Shown here: piece by piece, positions 51,481-63,310 of the stretch
Layout: the number at the start of each line of letters is the position of its first letter
Numbering within the stretch: position 1 is the stretch's first letter
Source of the DNA: Epiperipatus broadwayi
Taxonomy: Eukaryota; Animalia; Onychophora
Assembly (NCBI GenBank): GCA_028023455.1
Contig: JAQFVV010000010.1
Location: 16,492,001 to 16,556,000, forward strand
DNA: 64,000 nucleotides
Direction of reading: 5' to 3'
The notes under the pieces: model-generated
What the model saw: only the letters and a program-made list of their open reading frames with translations
The model's database searches: none
Told to the model about the DNA's origin: nothing
Made by a program: the position numbers and the translations under genes

Positions 51481-54400
51481 CATAAACTCTCTGCTAGTTT
51501 TACATCCATCATCTTATAATAATTTTTGAATTTTTAATGTTAAGCTTATGATGTTGAAATGACATGTTTTATATTTTCATTAGAAACATTAGATCCTAAT
51601 CTTTCTAAGTTCATTGTTTGCTTAGATTTCTAAGATTGTATTTTGGTAGCTTACCAGTGGACTTAACATAAAATTTTATTATAAAAAATAACATCTTATT
51701 TTTTTAAGACACCTTATATCACCAAGGCATCATCTCTGACTGATGAATCCAATATTCTCAACGATTGGCATCAAAAATAAATACATATTGTTAATGCAAA
51801 AAAATATTGTTTAAATTAATATAATTCTAAAGAGAAAGCAAATACAGTCTTTATAATATTCATAAAGCAAAAATTGTAATATATATGGCAATTAAACTGA
51901 TTTTTTTCATATGCTGCTACTATAAATATAAGGAACTACTTTCACTTTGTCCTAAATATCATTAAGTCAATTTATTGAGAGTAAAATAACATTAATTTGA
52001 ACTTATAGCCAACAAATCATAAACAAAAGCCATAGTATCGCATTTTAATAACTATACAAACAATCAATACAAGTCAGTTAATTGTAAATATTCATATTAG
52101 AGAATGTATCAGTTTAATTGAGAACTACTGCACTAAATGCTGACAAAAAGCAAAAATAAGCACCTCAATCTATTTTCTGATAGATCAAGATTCTTTCGGA
52201 TGTGTATTGATATTAAGTACATCTTCAACAAAAAAAAAAATGCCTACCAGCTTAAAACTACTTGTAAAAACTTTGAACTACTTGCCATGTTCTAGATGCA
52301 CACAATAAGAACTGTGTAGAAAATCAGATATTATATCCAGTGAAATAACATTCTTTTTGAGCATTATTATATTTCTGGATAACTTATTTATGAATGCTAT
52401 CAAATATCTATCATATTAAAAATTCACAATTAGACTCTGCAGTGCTTTTGTAAATACAACTAGCAATTCTCATAGTTTTTTATCGCAAAGTTACTTTTAT
52501 AGGGATATTAGATTCCCAAATAAATACAAGCTTGTAAGTATCAATTCGGCAAAAACACTACTGATGAAATCTAATAAACATTTAGGTCATATATCATAGA
52601 ATTGCATTCAAACAAAACATCATACAATTATCAACCTTATTACTGTGCTCTCCTCCAGAGCCATCTATTGAAAGCTTGAATAACTAATGCAGGAATCTGG
52701 AGAAAAAAATTGTTACTGATACAATGCTTACCTTTATTATTAATGTTATTTATGTATTAGTGTTGTGGACAGCTCTATAATGTTAATATTTTATTATTTA
52801 TTGACTGATCATTGCCAGATTAGCCTGGTAATTGATTACACATTCTACTTTTAGATATTTCCAATTAAAAATATATTTCTGAAATACAGAAGACAAATTG
52901 GTGGTTTTAAAAACATTTATTATTTACATTTTACTATATGAGCAGATGAGAAAGATATTGATATTGCTTCATCAGACAACTATTATATAAACACCTTGTA
53001 GATGCAGGAGTTATATGTGTCGTGCTAATATTGCTTTCAGCATATAAAAACATAATGATACATTATAAAATAATAAAGCCTGATGTTGAAATTATAAAGT
53101 TATAATCTTTTTAAAAATACTATTTTAAATAAAATAAATGAAATAGTTTATATAAACAATTATAGTGATGTGTGTGTATTGTGTAGAGGTCTGTATACTC
53201 TGTTTTTATTTTAGCATTTAATGAAATCAACTATTTTTCAATAACTTATAAAATTTTATTGATACATTTTAAAAATACAAAATATTTAAATAATTTTTAT
53301 TATTATTCAAATTTATCACAAGTTTTTTTTTTCATAAATTATAAATAATTTAACAATTTGTGCTCCCACTTAGTGGTCAATTTTAATTTTTTAAAATCAT
53401 AATACATCTTAATCCACTAACATTCATTGAATTTTGATTTATAAATTTAATTTAGTAAAAAATTAAGTATTATTCTTGAATTTATTTTAAATTCTTTAAA
53501 AATCGCCTAAAAAGGAAATAATATACACATTTTTGTTTTTAAAAAAAAATGATAATGAAACTAATATTATTCAAAAAATAAAAAATTATGTAATGAGAGA
53601 ATATATTTCCACAGTCACTTTTTCATTACAAAATTTTTAATTTTATAAAATAAATCTACAAGCAAGATAATACACTAAAAGATATGAAATAGTTCTTTCT
53701 ACGATGCCGTAATAATGTTTAATTAAACAATTTTTACATTGGTAATGTATCAGCGTGGTCTCTTTTTACCCAAAAGCTTTAATACTCGATCCATTTTCAA
53801 GATTAATATCCAGAAAGTGAATATATATGTTGATGATATGGAAGATTTTCTTTCTGGATTACTTGGAAGATGGTTTATTCATCTTGAACTGAAAGGGGAA
53901 AAAAAATTATAATAAAATGCTATGAAAAAGAAATTAATATCTACACAAAATTTTGAAAACATTGCCCCCACCACACACACACACACACAAACTCATAAAG
54001 TAAATTATGTGGAACTTTGTGACTTTACACAAATATGATACAACATATACATTCATACAATACTGAATAACATTATATTTTTTGACAACTACTGAAATAA
54101 TTGTTATGACTTGAATATGTCAAAAAAATATAATTTTTGTTAGTAGATTATTAAATATTTATATGATCTTAAACCTGGATTTTTAATCTGGATATTTTTT
54201 AGCTTTATATAAATTCAGATTGGTTAGATTAGTGCAAAACTGTTTGAATCTGAATCTAGATTGTCATCTGAAATATTTTTATCTTCCCTCTTTATTTCTA
54301 TATATATACACATCAAAAAGTTATACGTAAACATATAATTATGTACATATAACATTACCTATTCTATAAAAATAATTCAAGTATAATCAAATGACAATAA

Positions 54401-54586
54401 AAATATTAGTATGATTAAGGTTCAAAATTTTTTATGACAATGATTTTGCCTATTAGATAAAAGAGACTTCAAATGAAAACTAACTACAAGTTAAAGTTAA
54501 TTGCCATTAACATTAAAAAAGTTACTGTCCTTACAACTGAACTTATCAATTATACTGTAGTAATTGGTTACCTATATATATTAACA

Positions 54587-55386
54587 ATGATAAAGATATG
54601 TTACTGATAAGCTAAAATTAATAGCTGAGGTGAAACTATAAGTTTATTATTAGTAAGCTTCTATTTTATGGACTTAGCGCTTTCGGAGCCCCTACTGCTC
54701 CATAATCATAGTCCTTTTTACAGGCTGTTGATTCTATGCAAATGCATGCAAATTACAACATCCACCTTTTTGAGACTGCAAAACACGTGTCTTTTCTATT
54801 GATTGACATGGCATCGCTGGTGATGTAACATGCCTCTTTGATCTTCCTCTTGACATTGTTCCTCTCTGTGCACACGATGTCGGCTTTAGACGGCTCAAAT
54901 CTATGGCTTTGCTTCTGCTGATGATCAGCAAATATTGAGCTGCCCTCTCCTTTAGTTGTAGCTTTTGTATATATATATATGCTAAGCCAGTCTATTGCTC
55001 ACTGTAGCCCGAGTTTCCACATAATATACCAAATCACATCCTGTCTGTGGGCACACAATTTTATAAATGACACGGGAACGATGTCAAGAGGAAGATCAAA
55101 GAGGCATGTTACATCACCAGCGATGCCATGTCAATCAACAGAAAAGACACGTGTTTTGCGGTCTCAAAAAGGTGGATGCTGTAATTTGCATGCATTTGCA
55201 TAGAATCAACAGCCTGTAAAAAGGACTATGATTACGGAGCAGTAGGGGCTCCGAAAGTGCTAAGTCCATAAAATAGAAGCTTACTAATAATAAACTTATA
55301 GTTTCACCTCAGCTATTAATTTTAGCTTATCAGTAATTTACAATGTAATGGGTGAAATAAAATTCTTTATTACGATAAAGATATGT
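54587..55386. mobile_element. PLE fold-back insertion, family D (GIY-YIG C-terminus plus 3' end, inverted)
   Basis: TSD A(T/C)GATAAAGATATGT at 54587-601 / 55372-386 (14/15). Arms 54601-54862 / 55075-55336, tail 55337-55371. Right arm encodes NDVKRKIKEACYITSDAMSINRKDTCFAVSKRWML*, homologous to NDHKRKIKEAFYINGNINAINRKDTCFDISKKWST* at 13920-14026. Confidence 0.92.
55223..55267 (+). ncRNA. Variant hammerhead ribozyme (A3-U8 core); inverted copy at 54670-54714
   Basis: GGACT ATGATTA C GGAGC agtaggg GCTCC GAAA GTGC T A AGTCC. The left-arm copy keeps the stem III palindrome AGCGCT. Confidence 0.78.
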
Positions 55387-55389
55387 GTA

Positions 55390-55928
55390 AAAGATAGTAA
55401 TCTGGATCAATTGATGAGTGTTGATTTAGCACAAAATGTGCATCTCGGGGATCATCTTTTTCATATGTGTATGATTACACCCTCCACAAGGTGTTAAAAA
55501 GAAGTTAGAAATCAGTCCCTATCTTGCTCAAAAGTGGTGTGAATAATCTCTAATCTAATGATCGACTAATAAAAATTATTAAGATACTTGCATTAAGTAA
55601 TTTGTGTCAAAGTTGTGAGGGCAATTGGTTTGACACCTACCAATTAAACTGTAGAAATTGGCTATCATGATAAAAGTGTATGAGATTGTGATCTGGGCCA
55701 ATTGATGAGTGCTGATTCAGCACAAAATGTGTACCTTCAGGATCATACATCTTTTCACCTGTTTTTGGTCATATGTTTATGACTACACCCCTTTATAATG
55801 TGTTAAAAATGGATAGAAACCAGTTCCACTTTGTGTGAGAATGGGATAGTGAAAATTACACTACAGAAATATTATTCATTAAGTGGATAATCTCTAGTCT
55901 AATGAATGACTAATAAAAATTATTAATC
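55390..55928 (+). repeat. Diverged direct repeat pair (about 291-bp offset), each with a decayed hammerhead-like motif
   Basis: TTGATGA GTGTT gattt AGCAC AAAA at 55411 and TTGATGA GTGCT gattc AGCAC AAAA at 55702; both units end ..GACTAATAAAAATTATTAA. Confidence 0.6.
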
Positions 55929-56596
55929 TACAAATTGATTTAAAAGGCAATGAGGTAAACTTTTTTATTATTACTATCAACCATTGTCTTCAAATCACAA
56001 CTAGGATCATTATTTTTAAATATGCTTTTAAAATACCTATCAAAATAATATATATTAACAGAATCATTACAAAATTGTTTTATTTGATACAATGCATTAC
56101 TTTCAAAATGATTTAATCTTTTATTGTTTTGTTTTTAATTTATTAATTCAATTTTCTTATAAATAAATGACTGATAACTATTAGGCCTAATAATATTTCT
56201 TAAATTTTTCTCTTGAATAAAATCATTTCAATATAAAACATCAGTATCTTTATCTCTTATAAGCATTAAAATTAAAAACTTTATTAAAATCTTAAGTACC
56301 TTTCAACAGTAAATCTAATATTAGAATCAAAGTTATTCAATCTCAAAATTTCCTCCAATTTAGCTTTATTGGCAAAATAATTCACTTACTAATTATTTTT
56401 AATTTTCTAAAATTTATTATTATACCTAAAATAGATTGAATTTTCTAATAATAACAGCAAATTATTGCTAAAATTAATCTTAGTAGTCTCGCCCCCCCCC
56501 TCCCCGTTTATAACAAATTTATCAATACTTGTTAATTTATCTAAAAATTAATACATATGATCAGTGTCAAGACTTTAAAACAGCCTTCATTGTCTT

Positions 56597-56700
56597 GCAT
56601 TGGTGGTCGAGAGGTCAGCGCGACTGCCTTGCACTTGCAGGCAGTTGCCCGGGTTGCGGGTTCGCGTCCCGGCCGATGCTATGACACTTAAAAAAAAAAA
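56597..56700 (+). mobile_element. tRNA-Gly-derived SINE with A tail
   Basis: GCATTGGTGGTCGAGAGG...GGGTTCGCGTCCCGGCCGATGC followed by an A11 tail; TSD AGCCTTCATT at 56582-91 / 56700-09. Confidence 0.85.
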
Positions 56701-57549
56701 GCCTTCATTAATAACAAAACTATTTTATTGAAAGCCTCAATAGATAATTTAAAAAATCACTTAAACCAACAAAACTTAACCCAGAAATTCTATCCATATT
56801 TTTCTTAAAAAATATTGTCTATGTTATATTTAATAATTGCAACGAATATACTTGTACCAAATTAGGAATACATTTTAGCATTAACTAATGCATATTTAAA
56901 CTGTTAATATAATTGATCATTACTCAATACTAAAAAACAATGTCCCATGCTCTCTTCATTTTCTTTTTTTTTTGTTTGTTTATTATCTTTGGTCACATGA
57001 ATTGGTATAGAATCTGGTCATTATGAGCCTGTCATGCTGTCAATCATCTCACATTAATTGTGACAATGGGGCTGTCCAATCCTATTTGCATTCTTTAATT
57101 ACACAATTCTAAGTCCAATGTTTTTTTTCTTCTATATGCAAGTATCCATCTTTTAGAGTTAGAATAATCATAGTGTTTTGATGATAAAACTAATTGTGAG
57201 ATTAGCAAAAGATGAGAAGTTTCTCTTCATTTCAGCTAATAATATACAAAATCTTAAAAGGAAAACCAAATGACCCTATTTTAATGGAATAATCTATAAA
57301 GTATTTAAGTTATGAATCATTCCTTTTATAAAAATAAACAGTAGTAGATGCAAAATTATTAATGGATATAATGAGTTTGCTGTCTGAGATCAGTGTATTT
57401 AGTTACATATAATAATATATGCAATTATCTTAAATGTTTTACTGAAAATTTCTGATGACTGTATTTAAATTTTTCAAATACATTCAATTGTTAGTAATAA
57501 GATACTGATTAAAATATAATACATTTTGAGTGGTATTAATTGTACCAGT

Positions 57550-57830
57550 AACCTTGAGGGTCTACCTTTAAATACGACTAATCAATGTAAATTTCATAGA
57601 GTTATATTCAAAGTAGATAATAATGGTGATGATTGAACCTAAAACAGGTTATATTTCCCAATCACTTCCACAAAATCAATAGTAGTGATTTGAGATAGTT
57701 TTATCACTCAGCAGTATTGTATTTTAAATAAGGCATTCATTTTCAGCCTTTACTCAGATGTCATGCTGAATAAACCAATTTCAAATACCATAATCCCCCA
57801 AGTCATTAGAACATTCTGGCATTTACTCAG
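57550..57830 (-). mobile_element. Possible RTE RT C-terminal fragment
   Basis: Minus-strand remnants LKMNA and VEVIGKY..LGSIIT, frameshifted. Confidence 0.35.
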
Positions 57831-60800
57831 TGATTAAACATTTTTAAAAATCTGTTTTTTTCTTTTGATAAACATGGAGCTAATAAGTTCTAAAGTGAAC
57901 ATTTTAAATGCAAGCTGATAACATGTACATGCATACATACATAAAATTAAAGTTTAAGCATATAAAAAAATAAATAGAAATGTCAGTACTAGCATTGAAA
58001 CAAACCGTGATCTTTAGTACATGAATACTGAGTTTAAGATACTATTTTAACTAACTAGGCTATTCTAACAAACCTGCATGAATGTACTTGAAAAGTTTAA
58101 GTAAAATTAGATGGTGAAAATAGCTTGATATATAATTATCTTAATATTTTCAAAAGGCTCAATTAAAGTGTATGAAAATTGAGATGTTAGAAATAATTGT
58201 GTTAATAGAACTATCACTCCAATGATCAAGTGTTGGTTTATTGAGCTTTTTTTTTTGTTGTTTTTTTTTTTTGGGGGGGGGGGGGACATACCACCCTTAT
58301 ATGATTGTTTACAAACATGTTTTACTATATTCTGACATTATTTCTAAGATAATTAGGTATTTTACAAACAGCAGAAGTATCCTTTCATGCATTGGCTCAG
58401 AATTACTGATTCAATTCTATATAAAAAAAAATAATTCTATTTTATACGTATTTGTTTTTTAGTATATAACTTGAAATCTACATAATTTCAATTAAGGTTG
58501 TTTTGCAATATATATATATCACAATTAAGATGATTAAGCATAAAATAGGTAAATAGAAAATCAGCTAACAGAATATTCAATTATTTATTTACATATATTC
58601 ATATCATAATAGACATAAGTTTGAATTTGAGCAATGTCAGAAGTTATATATGAAAAAGAAAAATCAAAAATAGTTTGTGAAATTCTGACTACCATTTGAA
58701 TTTTTTAGTATTCCCTATCATAAATTATCAAATAATAGATTCAAATCCATAAAAAATGTCACTTGAAGAATGAAGCTATCTCTTTCCTATGATTTAAAAT
58801 AATGCAGGGTGAAATTTTGGCAGTTCTCCTTTCATATTTGCTAATAACAGACACTCAATTGGTTATCTGGAAAAAAAAATTTATAATTTAGTTTAGATAT
58901 CTTCAGACAGCTTAAAAACAAACGAAAATTTCACTGGATTTGAATCTCAAAAATAGCAAATGGATATAGTAATCACTATGCTATTGTGCCTTTATATTGT
59001 AACTGGTTGGGTTACATGGCACACAGCAACATAGTTGTGTGTTTGCTCATATATAAAGTAAAGGAAAAGAAATAAACAGACAAATTTTTATATATTTTTT
59101 CTACATTTACTGGGAATAATAACTGTAAAGGGTTAAATAACTGGATTTAAAACAAAATTTTATTATAAATTAAAACATTTAAAAAGGTCTTAATAAATTA
59201 ATATTGTATTCTGATTTTGAATTTAAAAATAAGCATGTTTTCTGATAATTGTAAAAATGGCTATTATCTATTTTGAAAGTTTTTAATTAATTAATTGGTA
59301 AATTTCTATTTATGTAGAAACCTTTGTATATTACACTTTGATAAAAATTTCAAAGTTGCTTTCAAAAGGATTAGAATTGTTTTTAATCAAGAAGAAAAGT
59401 TTTAAAAGGTGTTTTTATCACCTCAGATGACTTATAAAAAGGGCCATAAAAATATCAGTTTGGTTTTGCTGATAACATTTTTGAGAAGCAGTGGCCAAAT
59501 TGGACAGCCAAAAAGTCTGGTTTTCAGTTAGTTATAATATTTTGTTAGCAGCTTGTTGAAGTTTGCAGCAGTTTTAGCTGGCCAGAAGAGATGGTTTCCA
59601 GAGCTATATAGATAGCTACCATGGATGAGAAGTAACAAGGCAGGACAGTAGATCCAGGAGCTTCTACTAGTTCCTTTCAATCCATTCTTTTAGAACTCTA
59701 ACTCACATCCTTACACTTCCCAAAAAGCTCCTTAACAATTGAGTCAATGGAAATATTACATTTGTAGAATAAAATTTTAATTTAACTCTTACTTAATTAA
59801 TTAAAACTAAATATATATATATATATCTGAAGGAAACATTACATTTGTAGAATAAAATTTTGTTTATATTGATTTAACTCATACTTAATTTAAAAGCTAA
59901 TACATATTTTTATATAGTAGACAATCACATGATAATTAAATTTAGAATCCGTTTGTTAGAGGGCATAGTTTTTATTTTCACATATTAAATTATAATTCTT
60001 GTTAGATTTTTTTGTAGTTTTAACCATTTTTTAAAAAATAATATGTAAATATAACTAAAAAGTAAAAAAAAGTATGTTTAAAAAAAAGATTTTTTTTTAA
60101 AATAATGCTTTTATGTAAACAGCCGACTAAAAAATAGAAAAATAACAAAGTAATCTGACTAAAAAATGTGTCATTATTATAAAAGCATTATTATTTTTTA
60201 AAAAAATTTTTTATATACATCTTTACCCTGCTTAATGATTGGCTACTTAGCGATATTTCACAATAGCAATCATCAATTTGTACCCACTACTTCGATTTAC
60301 AATCGATTATTCACTATAACAATCTTGAATTTTGCATCACTGATAACATCAGAGAATAGGTATTTTAAATTCATTTTACCCAAAAGCAAAAGTACATTAC
60401 TATATAGCACATACAATATTTTATTCTTAAAATACAATGTTAGTGCTGTATTCAGTATTATGAATATAGAATGTATAAACTTAAAATATATAATACTGTA
60501 TACATATAAGTCGAATGTCTTTAGAAAAAATTAAACTTTATTTAAATATAATGTACAGTATTTGGATTATTTATATTAGATGATGAAAACAGTACAACTA
60601 AAATACCATCATCACAAACTTTCAGAAAAACACTAAATACTAATACTAAATTGTGTGTGTGTGTTCCTTAATTACGTACACTCAAGTGGTTTCAAATCAA
60701 AAGAAAAACATTTTTAAAAACAATTAAAAAAAAAACAGATTGCATTTAAAATAAGTGTTAATAAATAATCTTTCTACACGAATGGGGGGGGGGAGGCACT

Positions 60801-61218
60801 ATTACATTACTAAAAATATACAGTAAGAAAAATAAACATAGCGTATGTTTTAAAAAATTAAAATAAGTTGATTTTTTTATTTTTCTAAAGTTGACTGATT
60901 TACGATACGCATTAAGCCTTTTGTTACTCTGGAGTACAGTAATAAGTCTTTATGTTTAATTAAATAATTTATAATTAAACATTGTTTTTTAATTTGAATA
61001 ATTTCACATAATTAATAAACATAAATGTACAGTAATATGTACCGTAATACAAATTTTAAAAAATGCACTTCAGTATGGATTTTTTTTTCTTAAATTCAAA
61101 TTTAATTTCACTTTCTCTTTCTTTTTGCTGTACTGTACTTTTTAAACAATGAAAATATGCATTTTTTTCCTAGTGATATAAAACTTCTTTTTAGATATCG
61201 TATTTAGTCATCATTGCC

Positions 61219-61285
61219 ATGAAAAAATCAAGAAAATCTTTGAGCTTGGAAACCAATGTGGATATTTTACGTCGACTGGAACCGA
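61219..61285 (+). mobile_element. Tigger/pogo transposase N-terminal (psq-type HTH) remnant
   Basis: MKKSRKSLSLETNVDILRRLE matches the typical RKSLTLEEK..I..RLE start of pogo/CENP-B-like transposases; similarity stops after about 21 codons. Several TACAGT termini-like sites lie upstream. Confidence 0.55.
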
Positions 61286-61532
61286 CAAATTTTTTTCCCA
61301 TAGATCCCCATTATAAATATGTATTCTGTATACAATATTCTTGCTTAACAATGAGTTTTGGAGGACCAATTGCCATCACTAAGCAGGATAGAGGTGTATA
61401 TTATTTTATATCCAAAATATTCTAACTAACTGAACAAACCTTTATTTATATGTAATCTATCAAAACATTGTATCTTTATCTTTCTTATTGCATTGCCAAA
61501 TCCATATAATATTAATATTTATGTTTTTATTA

Positions 61533-62444
61533 CTTTTTACAATGCTTTTTACAACTCACTATTGACAGTTTTGATTGCCCACTATAACAAACACAATACA
61601 AATACATGATACAAATGTACATGAACATATAATTTTACATTTTATATATATACCCATATATATATATCTTTATATACCTCTATATAATTATTACCTTTTT
61701 ATATATTATGCCTTACATCTTCTCCAATAAAACTTACTTATAAATAAGTATTTTATTTACATAATATTCAGAAATAAAACTATATTTATTTTAACCTTTT
61801 TATTTTCTATATTTATCAATCAATATTTCCTATAATAATTATTCATTATATTAATAATGTAAAATATAAAAATATGAATATATAATATTAGAGTTAAATA
61901 TTAAAAAAAAAAGAATAAAATAAAAAATAAATGAAATAAAAATAATATATATATATGATTATAGGAAGTATTGATTGATAAATATAGAAAATAAAAAAGA
62001 TTAAAATGTATATACAGTAATTATTCTATAGCAAGGCTGAATCTCCTAGAATCATGAAGATATTTATAAATTATATGATAAAAAGAACCGCTTGCTAGTC
62101 CCAGGTTTCCAATTCTTGCCCTATTGCCGAATCACAAAGATAGTAAGTGACAATTGTAAATTAAGCTTTCGATCTAAAAGTTGTCAGAATGTCAATCATA
62201 AATGAATTTTTTATTTCATTTATTGAATAATGGGACTCACTAGATTGTTTTTAATTAATCATTTAAATTTTATTTCGCTTTTACTTATCTATTGAATTAA
62301 GGATGATAATGATACATCTTTTTCTGAAACCAAATTATATGTTCATGTATATTTGTATCATGTATTGGGTTGTTATAGTTCTGAAGAAGACTGTCGGGGC
62401 AATCAAAACTGTCAATAGTGAGTTGTAAAAAGCATTGTAAAAAG
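61533..62444. mobile_element. Older fold-back relic, family E, with decayed hammerhead
   Basis: Arms 61533-61635 / 62332-62444. Right arm has CTGAAGA (62381) ... CAATC AAAAC TGTC. The spacer holds an AT-rich IR (about 61790-61836 / 61958-62006) and the repeat at 62009-62323. Confidence 0.7.
62009..62323 (+). repeat. Unclassified dispersed repeat, copy 2
   Basis: Collinear with 44364-44701, with one internal deletion. Confidence 0.85.
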
Positions 62445-62728
62445 GAGTAAAGAATGTAAATGATATCAAAATACTGTAATTAGTTTATGAAAATTGAAAC
62501 ATTTATTTAATGCTCAAATACTTTTTTTTTTTTTTTGGTTTGGAAATTATTTATTTCATCTGGAAAGCATTTAAATAAATTTTACTTTTGTGAAATTCTA
62601 TTTGTGTACTAATATCCCCCATATTTCAATATCAGTAGTAAAAAAATTGTCTGCACAACACTGCACAAGCTTTAGTAATCCATAAATGACAAAGTAATGC
62701 ACTTATAATCCCTACCCAGTGTTTGCCT

Positions 62729-62778
62729 ATCCAATATTCACAGACTGGTTTCTAGCTTATAGCTTTCATCAGGCTTTG
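62729..62778 (-). ncRNA. Hammerhead core related to family A, stem I degraded
   Basis: Minus strand: CTGATGA A AGCT ata AGCT A GAAAC CA GTC TGTGAATATTGGATAGGCA; compare family A GAAACTAGTC TGGGGATATTGGATGAGTAGGCA. Confidence 0.65.
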
Positions 62779-63310
62779 CAATTAGGTAGCACTTTAAATG
62801 CCGAAATGTAAAAGTAAGGACATATTTCAAAAAATTTAATCCCTTTTTTTTTTTTTTAGTTACACAGATAATTTATTGAATAAATTCATAATTACATGTT
62901 TGATTATAACCAGAGCTGGCTAGCATGGATCTGCAGGTTTTATATCACACAAAGATGTTTGATCAACAATTGTCATTTCAATCAATAAATAGTTAATTTT
63001 TATAAAACACTCTTATTCATGAAGTAAAACTTTATTATTGCATCAATTCACTGCTTTGCTTTAATGCCCTGCTTTACAAGTGGTGCATTAAAACATTTGT
63101 CCTTAGATGGTACAGTTCACATTTTGTTGAGAATTTTTTAGGACTTTATTTGTCAGGTTTTGTAACTCATGTGTGGAAGCAAAGTACAGGTTACTTCCTG
63201 GGATTTATAGAATAAACACTATGTAAAATTCCATATTTTATTAAACAACTTTTTTTGTTAGGTACAAAATATTTTGATTAATAAAAACTACAATGTTTTA
63301 CTTTAAAAAA

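Noticed and set aside
52450-52600. KYQFGKNTTDEI as a LINE RT remnant
   Set aside because: Single short motif with no supporting neighbours.
53730-53900. Minus-strand exon candidate with a strong acceptor (tttcccctttcag) near 53890
   Set aside because: All three frames stop within 10 codons and no upstream partner exon was found; could be a terminal or non-coding exon but is unsupported.
54916-54932. CTGATGA in the spacer of fold-back D
   Set aside because: Part of a short palindrome (TGCTGATGATCAGCA) with no GAAA or stem III; not a hammerhead.
54734-55203. ORFs 54734-54931 (-) and 54979-55203 (+)
   Set aside because: Wrong-frame translations of the PLE GIY-YIG tail, duplicated by the hairpin.
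59420-59860. GC-richer block with an adjacent 82-bp duplication
   Set aside because: Stops in the frames tried and no termini or motifs; could not classify.
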